Origin: a virus
Virus record (IMG/VR): IMGVR_UViG_3300028534_000020
Span: 23,622-87,621 of that record
Length of the DNA: 64,000 nt
Reading direction: 5' to 3' (one strand)
Shown here: one piece after another, positions 56,384-64,000 of the stretch
Layout of the letters: each line of letters opens with the position of its first letter
Numbering within the stretch: the first letter of the stretch is position 1
Made by a program: the position numbers and the translations under genes
Notes under the pieces: model-generated
Databases searched by the model: none
What the model was told of the DNA's origin: nothing
What the model saw: only the letters and a program-made list of their open reading frames with translations

Positions 56384-58756
56384 TTAAATAATTTTTTGAA
56401 TATATAATAAATTTCTATAAGGTTGCATTACATTTAATGGTACATTTTGCCCTCCTAACCATACGTAAATTTCTATCGTTTCATTTGTTGTATTACGCCA
56501 ATCAGAACCTTCGTTATTTTGTTGCATCCAACCTAAACCACTTTCACCTTGATGTGGTGATGCCGGTATTTGATGATGGTGCGCTAATTGTGTTACTGGT
56601 AATTGATAATTTGGTAAATTTTCACGCAAAATAGGTTTTGTCGCATTACCGCCAGCTTGTTTATGCGCAGATGGGTTGCCAGGGTCTGTCCCGTTTATTA
56701 CGCGTCCGATTAAATTTTCTGTACCATTATTACCATTACATATCGCCCAACCTAATGTATTTGGCGTCATTCCAAGACCTGAGCTATCAAAGTCAGTAAT
56801 ATCACCAGAATATGCGACAATACTTCCGATAGGCGTTCCATATTCATTTGAAATTGCAAGCCACCATTCACTTCCATCGTAATTGAATATCATTGTTAAA
56901 CCAGAACTTTGAAGTCGTCTATGGCGTTTTATAAACGCTATATCGCGTTCGTTTATATCTCTAACTAATGTATAATTAGTAGGGTCTACATAATCAGTAA
57001 CAATTTTAAGATTTCTGCCATTCAAATCAATATCGCCTTGAATTTGAATTACAAATCTATTTCCATTAACACAATCGTTACCGTTTTCTTGTTGCTTTTT
57101 AAGATTAACGAAAATATCATTATTAAGCACAACGTCATTAAAATGTAATACTTGCATTTGTCTATCGCGCCCTACGATTAAATGTGTTACTGGCGTAGCA
57201 TTCGTAATATTTTTATGGTCGACGCCGAATTTATCGCCTGTCATAATTTCTTGAAATAAGATATTATAGTTTCGAGGATTTGGCGTTAATTCGATAAAAC
57301 CATCTGTAAGTGACGCTGTATAAGGTTTAAGCGTTCTATCTATCGGGTTCGCGTTTAATTGACCATTTTCATCAAATGAACTTTCATCATAATATCCTAC
57401 TTCGTCATCGTTAAATTTTAGCCAATCTGTATAGCGTCCAAAAACTTTATAGCGATATGTAAGGTTATATTTATATTTTGTATCACTATCTGTGATACGA
57501 GCGTAAATTTTACCTATCGGCTCGTTAATAGGAAATAAAAATGTTTCTGTAAGTTTTGAATTTACGCCAACTACAGCATCATAATTAAGTTTAATTTCAA
57601 TAAAATCTACGTCTGGCGTAACTAATAACTCATCGCCCGTTGAAAATTCTGTACTTATAAGTGCGTCTAACTTTAAGTTTAATTGACTTCCAGATTTTGA
57701 AGATGAAACAACTGTAAAATATTTTCCAGATTTTGTATACAACCGCCAACCATCAAATTGACCGTTTTGAAATAATGATAAATCATTTTCTTTAAAAATA
57801 CCGCCTTTACCAGATGATATTGTAACAACGTTTTGCGTAGTATCAATTGACCAGTTCGTACTTCTATATACCCAAGCGATATTTATTTCATTTTTATCGC
57901 GCGGCGTAGTCATTAAGTCCCATTTAACTGCTTCAACGCCTATCAATGGGTTATTAACTGTGCCTAATAACTCAAGTAAATTTTGCGCTTGAGTAGTCCA
58001 CCATTCTGTTCGTTTATCTTTTATTTCAACGTTTTGTCCAACTGTTCTTACTTCAGCGATTATAAAATCGATATTTTGGCGCAAAATATTAGTGCCTGTG
58101 TTTAATTCAGACGTTCTAATGATTTGTATATCAATATCATCATAATAATACAAATATGGGACAGTTGGAGCGCCTGGCGTGAATGTACCTATAACTTTAT
58201 AACGTAAATTTTGTTCAGCTACAAATTCGCCAGATAAAATAGCCTGCTCTCTATCAATTACTGTAACTACTTCATATTCACCATTATTTAAAGAGTTTTC
58301 AAATTTAATTTTAACAGGAAAATTGGGTTGCCCGCGCAACACTTCATCAAAATACGTGCCATTTCCAGTAAGTTCACCAGTTTCAGAAATATTTACCACA
58401 CCTTCCTCGAGATTACTGTATTTATGTGATATAACAATGGTATACCATTGTCCATTATCTGGTATTTCGAGCGTTTTTTGCTCATTTAACGTTAAAATAT
58501 TTCCATTTTTATCGATTGCACGTCCAGGGTTGATATTAACTTTATAATTAACACTAAGATTTTCATTATTGATTTTGAATACATCTGCTTTATCAATAAT
58601 TATACCGTTCGGTAATTGATAACCTTTAAGTAAACCAAACGTAGCTGTATCAAACAAAAATCTTTGTTTAAGACCGTCTATCTGTAAAAATCTTAAAATG
58701 CGGTTATATTCTTGTAAACCTAAAAATATATTTTCTTTAATACGTATTTCTGACAT
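56384..58756 (-). CDS. tail fibre / baseplate protein with C-terminal tail-collar-like domain
   Basis: PIGSIVAYSG...GWAICNGNNGT.NLIGR...GG...NVMQPY. Confidence 0.7.
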   Translation of the reverse strand: MSEIRIKENIFLGLQEYNRILRFLQIDGLKQRFLFDTATFGLLKGYQLPNGIIIDKADVFKINNENLSVNYKVNINPGRAIDKNGNILTLNEQKTLEIPDNGQWYTIVISHKYSNLEEGVVNISETGELTGNGTYFDEVLRGQPNFPVKIKFENSLNNGEYEVVTVIDREQAILSGEFVAEQNLRYKVIGTFTPGAPTVPYLYYYDDIDIQIIRTSELNTGTNILRQNIDFIIAEVRTVGQNVEIKDKRTEWWTTQAQNLLELLGTVNNPLIGVEAVKWDLMTTPRDKNEINIAWVYRSTNWSIDTTQNVVTISSGKGGIFKENDLSLFQNGQFDGWRLYTKSGKYFTVVSSSKSGSQLNLKLDALISTEFSTGDELLVTPDVDFIEIKLNYDAVVGVNSKLTETFLFPINEPIGKIYARITDSDTKYKYNLTYRYKVFGRYTDWLKFNDDEVGYYDESSFDENGQLNANPIDRTLKPYTASLTDGFIELTPNPRNYNILFQEIMTGDKFGVDHKNITNATPVTHLIVGRDRQMQVLHFNDVVLNNDIFVNLKKQQENGNDCVNGNRFVIQIQGDIDLNGRNLKIVTDYVDPTNYTLVRDINERDIAFIKRHRRLQSSGLTMIFNYDGSEWWLAISNEYGTPIGSIVAYSGDITDFDSSGLGMTPNTLGWAICNGNNGTENLIGRVINGTDPGNPSAHKQAGGNATKPILRENLPNYQLPVTQLAHHHQIPASPHQGESGLGWMQQNNEGSDWRNTTNETIEIYVWLGGQNVPLNVMQPYRNLLYIQKII

Positions 58757-58757
58757 A

Positions 58758-60269
58758 TTACTTAATTTCGTTTATAAACAAATTGCTCCCGTATGGAATT
58801 AGTTTATTTGATATTTCTCGCTGCACAAAATCAATATCTTTATTTGATTTGTTCTTTACAAATATATCAATAAAGTTTGAATTATTAACAAAAGCTTTAT
58901 TACGTTTATAACTCAATGGTCTTATTTGAATATTGTAAATATATAATTCGCCAGGTTCTATATCACCAATTATACAAATTTTTGGATATAATGCTTGAAT
59001 TAACAAGCTATTAAATTTAATATTTTGACCAGTATTTGTATTTAATTTCTGTGCTGCTATTTGTTCATTATAACCATAAATAATTGCAGAAATTATTTGC
59101 CTACCTTGTTCTTTATATATTTTTATCGGTCCAAATTGTTTATAACCATATTGATTATCTGCACAGTCATAAAACGCAACACCCAAATTTATATTTACTT
59201 TTTCGGACTCAGCTTGAATGTCGAAAAGTATTTCATAACTTTGCAGTGGATCTACAATAACGTGACCAATTTTATATTTAGCGTCATTTTCAAAACCTAT
59301 GCCACCAGAACAATTTTTATTATCATCTATTACAATAATATCGTCTCTAACACCTACAACATCGTCGCCAAAAAGTATAACATTTGGCCATCCTGTTTTA
59401 CTTAACGGTTTTAATAATAAATTATCTTGACGCGTTCCTTTGTATAAAACACTATTTTTATTGATAGAAAATGGCGAATTGTATTTGTTAATTATACCAT
59501 ATATAAATTCATCACAATTATCGACACATAAAATACGTCTAATTTCGCCACCTGGCTCAAATATGTGTTTTGTTCCACGTTTACCAAATTCAGTTAATAA
59601 ATTTGCAGTATATTGCTGCATATTATATAACGTTTCATTTTTTGTACAGTTTAACAAATCAAACTGTGTTAAATACTCAAGTAATAAATCTCTATCAAGA
59701 ATTATACGTTGAAATACATAACTATATGATAAAATTGTTGCAAAAAAGCAAACTATACTTTTCCAAAAAACATCAAAATCAGCAGAAGTTTTATCAATAA
59801 ATTTTGGTAAAATTTTATCTGATTTTATTTTGCTAATTAAGTTTGCACAAATTGACTGCCGTAATACTTGCGCTTGTTGAAACTTTTGTAAATATGTAGA
59901 ATCTAATTGTACTGTAGATATTTGAAAAAGTTGTGTATAAGAATAAAATCTAAAACCAAGAACTTGTACTGTATTATTTGTTAATGATTTTATAGCAGTA
60001 TCAATATAAAACGAACCATCAATCGTATCAAATTCTATGTTTGGATTGCTGTTATGGTGTGTTAATATCCAGTCTGACCAATTTATACCATCAACGCTAT
60101 ATCGAAATTTTATTTCAGTTTCTTGTATATAATCGCCTTCGATATCAAATTTCGTTAATTTTATTTTTTTTGCGCTACTATTCAATAATGACGATATAAT
60201 GACAGTATCGCCATATTCAGTTAATTCAACATACTCAGCGTACCAATTATTTGAAATAATGTTAATCAT
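58758..60269 (-). CDS. baseplate wedge / tail protein
   Basis: Follows the baseplate J-like gene; ends with LIPYG. Confidence 0.5.
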   Translation of the reverse strand: MINIISNNWYAEYVELTEYGDTVIISSLLNSSAKKIKLTKFDIEGDYIQETEIKFRYSVDGINWSDWILTHHNSNPNIEFDTIDGSFYIDTAIKSLTNNTVQVLGFRFYSYTQLFQISTVQLDSTYLQKFQQAQVLRQSICANLISKIKSDKILPKFIDKTSADFDVFWKSIVCFFATILSYSYVFQRIILDRDLLLEYLTQFDLLNCTKNETLYNMQQYTANLLTEFGKRGTKHIFEPGGEIRRILCVDNCDEFIYGIINKYNSPFSINKNSVLYKGTRQDNLLLKPLSKTGWPNVILFGDDVVGVRDDIIVIDDNKNCSGGIGFENDAKYKIGHVIVDPLQSYEILFDIQAESEKVNINLGVAFYDCADNQYGYKQFGPIKIYKEQGRQIISAIIYGYNEQIAAQKLNTNTGQNIKFNSLLIQALYPKICIIGDIEPGELYIYNIQIRPLSYKRNKAFVNNSNFIDIFVKNKSNKDIDFVQREISNKLIPYGSNLFINEIK

Positions 60270-60525
60270 TTAAATACAATACTTTATTACTATTAGACGC
60301 ATTTTTATACGCTAAATATTGTTTTTCGATATAACTTTTAGTTATTTCTGTTCCTTGTGTAAACACAAGAAATGTAGTACCATTATATTTTAATGCGTTA
60401 TCGCCTATAACAGAATCAACTGTATAAACAGTTTCGAAAGAATCTGACCTTACTACGTCTAATTTAACGCTTGAAAGTTCTTTGTTTGTGTCAGAATCTA
60501 AAATTGTTAATAATATTTGTTTCAT
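60262..60525 (-). CDS. hypothetical structural-module protein
   Basis: Packed minus-strand ORF. Confidence 0.5.
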   Translation of the reverse strand: MKQILLTILDSDTNKELSSVKLDVVRSDSFETVYTVDSVIGDNALKYNGTTFLVFTQGTEITKSYIEKQYLAYKNASNSNKVLYLND

Positions 60526-60824
60526 AATTCTAAAATTAAAAAGCCATTATCATCTATTGAATAATTATCTTTTGTTGTTATTAAATGACCGTCAATATCA
60601 ATTGCAAAATCATAAATATCATCACCGCCAACTAAAGCCAAATCGCAAGGGCGTATTTTTATGCCATCATTTATTATACCTGTATCGTTATTTACACCGC
60701 AATAAGCGTATTTAACTATATTCGCGTTTTTTATAAGCCAATTATACACTGTAATAGACATTGTACTTTGTGTTCTATTAAGTGTATTTGCAGATTTTCC
60801 GACATTAATTACTTTAGTTGCCAT
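60522..60824 (-). CDS. hypothetical structural-module protein
   Basis: Packed minus-strand ORF. Confidence 0.5.
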   Translation of the reverse strand: MATKVINVGKSANTLNRTQSTMSITVYNWLIKNANIVKYAYCGVNNDTGIINDGIKIRPCDLALVGGDDIYDFAIDIDGHLITTKDNYSIDDNGFLILEL

Positions 60825-62020
60825 TATATATCTTTTAATACAGTCGCGATAAATTCAAAATCTGTTTCAGCTGGATAATATACAGGCTTAATATTATTAT
60901 TTGCTAAAATTAAATCGCCTTGTAAATTAAGCATCTCAAAGCCTCTTACACGTGGTAATTTATATTTTGAAATGAAAATATCTGTTCTTGGGTAAAAATG
61001 ATTATCTGGTACATATTTTACGCCTTTTGTTCGTTTAACAGCTGTTAACAGATTATCCCATTCTACTTTTTTCAAACTATCCCACGTTCGCCAATCGAGT
61101 TCTTGATTGATATTTACTTGAATTTCTTTTAATACAGAATATACATCGTAATTAGCATCAATATCAACTCTAAATGAAATATCAATATATTCCCATTCAA
61201 CGTTGACTAATTCTAATGACTGATTACTTGTTCCATACTGCAACGACTCTGTTATACTCAAATATTCTTGCGTAGCATCTAATAATTCTTGTAATTCAGT
61301 CTGCGATAACTGTCTACCTGACGTAGTTACAATTGCAAGGCGTATTTTTCCAGTATCAGTAAAACCATAATTAAATACGCGTAAAATATCGCTGTTATAC
61401 TTTAAAAATAACTGCGTTAAGTATTCCAATGTATTTTTTGACAAAATATTAAGAGAGCGCTTAATTCGCTGTCTAAAAACTTCATCTGATTCAGTATCTC
61501 TACCGCCTTGCATTTGGTATTCATTGATAGCATATTCGTGCCCTACTGGTATAGGTGATACATTTGTGATTGCTAATGGCGGAATATTTGTATTACTACC
61601 AACTTGCTCACTTTTTACTTTTACATAACCATACCCAACATCAGAAACTGTATAGCTTTCTGTCACTTCAAATGTAATACCACTATCACTAAAGAATTTA
61701 TGATAACCAGCAAGATATTGCGTTCCTGGCGTTGCGAATACTCTGACATAACCTGACGATTTCGACTCGCCAAGTCTGGGCGCTATACCTCGCATTTCAG
61801 CTATATTGTCAAGATATTGTCCAGTTGCTGTATCTGGAAATATGTTTGCCTCAATGACAGCAATATCTTTTAATGTTTTTTGAGCCAATTTAGCAATACC
61901 ATAAGCAGTACCGTTTAATACAGAACCCGGCGCTATTTTTGTCACCTTATCTGTATTATTTAACAGTATTTCAGTAAATAACTGTTTAAGCTTTTCTATC
62001 GGCAATATTTTTGTTATCAT
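60824..62020 (-). CDS. baseplate J-like protein
   Basis: DTATGQYLDNIAEMRGI.R, G...N, GGRDTESDE.FRQR. Confidence 0.88.
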   Translation of the reverse strand: MITKILPIEKLKQLFTEILLNNTDKVTKIAPGSVLNGTAYGIAKLAQKTLKDIAVIEANIFPDTATGQYLDNIAEMRGIAPRLGESKSSGYVRVFATPGTQYLAGYHKFFSDSGITFEVTESYTVSDVGYGYVKVKSEQVGSNTNIPPLAITNVSPIPVGHEYAINEYQMQGGRDTESDEVFRQRIKRSLNILSKNTLEYLTQLFLKYNSDILRVFNYGFTDTGKIRLAIVTTSGRQLSQTELQELLDATQEYLSITESLQYGTSNQSLELVNVEWEYIDISFRVDIDANYDVYSVLKEIQVNINQELDWRTWDSLKKVEWDNLLTAVKRTKGVKYVPDNHFYPRTDIFISKYKLPRVRGFEMLNLQGDLILANNNIKPVYYPAETDFEFIATVLKDI

Positions 62021-62928
62021 AATATAGATTGCGCTTCTATTAGCATTTTTAATTTTGTTTCAACTTCAAATTTAATAAATATCTTGTCCTCTTCGTGATT
62101 TATTTGCTTTATAGTAAAATTGACAAATAAATCGTCAGTTAAAAATATCTTTTGCATATCAAGAGATATACTCGCATATATAAAACTACCAATATTACTG
62201 CCTGTATAAAGTCCAGACGGTATTCCAAGTTCTGGGTATTCTGGAATATGCCCTTTTAATAAACTTGACAATATGTTAACTGTTTGAAAGACAGTCTCTT
62301 TATAATTTAATACCTTTATATCGTCATTTTCAAATAAAAATGACTTATCAATATCACGTCCATAAATTCGCTCGCCAACCATTATATCAAAAACTGACGT
62401 CACAAAGTCTTTAACAAATTTTTCTTGATAAATAGTAATATTTGGGTTATTATTAACTGTATAATCGATTTCAAGCAATTTATTATTTAATGCTATTTTT
62501 GTCCAATCATTATCCCAATCTGTATCTTGTTTTATATTTTTAGACACTTGCTCTAATGACTCGTTTGACAAATTATAAGAATGCGCATATCCAGATTTGA
62601 AATTAAAATCTGTTCTACTTGAACGTAAATATTTTGGTAATTTTGATATTGTTTGTAATTTGATATAAAAATCTGATAATGTATCAACAAGTTCCCAAAA
62701 ATCAATATTATCAAGTAAATAAGCGAAATTGTTAACTATCGCGTCTATTTTATGTGCCTCGGTTATAAGTTCATCATATTTAGCAATTATATCATTATCA
62801 AGTTTTTCAATATCGCCACTATAATATGCTACAATACTATAATAATCATTTTTGAAAAATTTAGACATTTTTTCAAAATAACTAGTTAAATCATACTGCG
62901 TAATATTTTCAAATCGCTTTATTAACAT
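62017..62928 (-). CDS. baseplate protein with C-terminal gp25-like region
   Basis: Upstream of baseplate J; KGHIPEYPELG...DDLF pattern. Confidence 0.5.
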   Translation of the reverse strand: MLIKRFENITQYDLTSYFEKMSKFFKNDYYSIVAYYSGDIEKLDNDIIAKYDELITEAHKIDAIVNNFAYLLDNIDFWELVDTLSDFYIKLQTISKLPKYLRSSRTDFNFKSGYAHSYNLSNESLEQVSKNIKQDTDWDNDWTKIALNNKLLEIDYTVNNNPNITIYQEKFVKDFVTSVFDIMVGERIYGRDIDKSFLFENDDIKVLNYKETVFQTVNILSSLLKGHIPEYPELGIPSGLYTGSNIGSFIYASISLDMQKIFLTDDLFVNFTIKQINHEEDKIFIKFEVETKLKMLIEAQSIL

Positions 62929-62929
62929 T

Positions 62930-63658
62930 TTATATTTTATTATTTATAAATTGTGTAGCTTTATCAGCTAACATATTAATGCCTTTTGTAATTACGTGTA
63001 ATTTTAACAATTCATTTATACTACTTTTAAGTGCTTTCTGCCCACCTACATATACATTATTACTTTCAGCGATTGTTTTAATATTTAACTGATAATTCCA
63101 CATCATATTATTTTCAAGTGACTGATTAAAAGAAAAATCAGTAGTTTCAATTAAATAACTTGTACCAAGCGATAAATTATGTAAAAATAACAATGAACCT
63201 TCCTTTTTTGACGCTTTAATTATTCGCTCAAGAATCTTTATTACGCCATACCCTGTTTTAACTGTTGCGTTTGCTTCTTTACTTACTTTTGTAGTAAAAC
63301 CAGTTGCTGGTGTAGCGTTCGTGTTTTTTGACAATAAAATACGAATCTTTTTACCAAATGTTCCTTGTATTGAAATTACACGTGGTGCGTATGATACATT
63401 TTTTATAATATTAACAGATGACATAGTTTTTTTAATATTCGTCAATAAAACCTCAGACTCAGAAATAGCATTTGGCATTACTGGAAATATTAATGAGTCC
63501 TCTAACTCATCTGTATAAAAATCATACAATTCAAGTACTAACATATAATACTCGAATTCATTTGGGTATAACGAATGCAAATATGCTCTACCAGCTGCGC
63601 CTGCAACTGATTGTATAGCTTGCTCTAATTCATTATTTATTTTTCCTAAGTTTGACAT
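62930..63658 (-). CDS. tail/baseplate hub-associated protein
   Basis: FPVMP..I...ISIQGTFG pattern; structural context. Confidence 0.45.
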   Translation of the reverse strand: MSNLGKINNELEQAIQSVAGAAGRAYLHSLYPNEFEYYMLVLELYDFYTDELEDSLIFPVMPNAISESEVLLTNIKKTMSSVNIIKNVSYAPRVISIQGTFGKKIRILLSKNTNATPATGFTTKVSKEANATVKTGYGVIKILERIIKASKKEGSLLFLHNLSLGTSYLIETTDFSFNQSLENNMMWNYQLNIKTIAESNNVYVGGQKALKSSINELLKLHVITKGINMLADKATQFINNKI

Positions 63659-63662
63659 ATTA

Positions 63663-63671
63663 CAAATATAC
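63663..63671 (-). promoter_or_regulatory. TAnnTTTG promoter, near-leaderless
   Basis: Minus strand TATATTTG-TAAT-ATG. Confidence 0.55.
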
Positions 63672-64000
63672 TAATTCCAACTCACAACTGTACCAGAATT
63701 ATTATTAGTAGCTTTACCAGATTTTACATACGTATGAATTTTATCAGCCATTAAGTTAGCCACCTCACTTGCTTTTAAGTATTCTCGAATACTTTTATCA
63801 AATATCGGCACTAAATCTAATTGTGTAGGTGGCAAAATCGGCGTAAACGTTGGCTGCATTCCATTTGCCATTATTGACACGTATGTTATATATGCTAAAT
63901 TAAATTGTGTTCTATAATTATACCTGTTAATACCACTAAAAATACTTATAAATGACATTTTTGCAGCGCTGTGCGCTGTACTTACTGGAATAATTTCATT
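63671..64000 (-). CDS. structural-module protein, truncated at the right edge
   Basis: Frame stays open upstream of the ATG at 63958 to base 64000 (NEIIPVSTAHSAAK-MSF...). Confidence 0.6.
   Translation of the reverse strand, partial: NEIIPVSTAHSAAKMSFISIFSGINRYNYRTQFNLAYITYVSIMANGMQPTFTPILPPTQLDLVPIFDKSIREYLKASEVANLMADKIHTYVKSGKATNNNSGTVVSWN

Noticed and set aside
54713-58756. Diversity-generating retroelement acting on tail fibres
   Set aside because: No reverse transcriptase and no template/variable repeat pair seen.
198-63518. All + strand ORFs in the track and the short nested minus-strand alternates
   Set aside because: Nearly all lie opposite or inside longer minus-strand genes, show no motifs, and the genome is uniformly minus-strand here.
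1-64000. Stop-codon reassignment
   Set aside because: Conserved enzymes are full length in the standard code, and TAG (54713) and TGA (4084) serve as real stops.

Overview
The window is a 64-kb segment of a large, AT-rich tailed-phage genome. Essentially all genes lie on the minus strand. A baseplate J-like gene suggests a contractile tail. Repeated TAnnTTTG (TATATTTG) promoters point to a Bacteroidota host. In transcription order (right to left) the modules are: baseplate and tail-fibre genes; a GC-rich non-coding island; a lysis cassette; DnaQ-like exonuclease, terminase large subunit and DnaB; a nucleotide-modification cluster; primase, DnaE, SSB, SbcD, RecA, SbcC and RuvC; a Zn-dependent deacetylase; a UvrD-like helicase; then many small early genes and a DNA ligase. 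There are two main candidates for an undescribed system. (1) 54310-54718 holds three 55-bp hairpin-repeat units followed by a ~245-nt highly base-paired RNA-like region ending in a terminator, with no cas, reverse transcriptase or Nop-domain gene in the window. (2) 39915-45821 looks like a cytosine (hyper)modification pathway. It has a minimal thymidylate-synthase fold with the dCMP-type Asp, two degenerate ThyX paralogues, an NDP-sugar reductase, a UDP-galactopyranose-mutase-like flavoprotein, a dCTPase/HAD fusion and a kinase/UDG fusion, but no visible glycosyltransferase. All calls come from reading motifs by eye; no database searches or folding programs were run.
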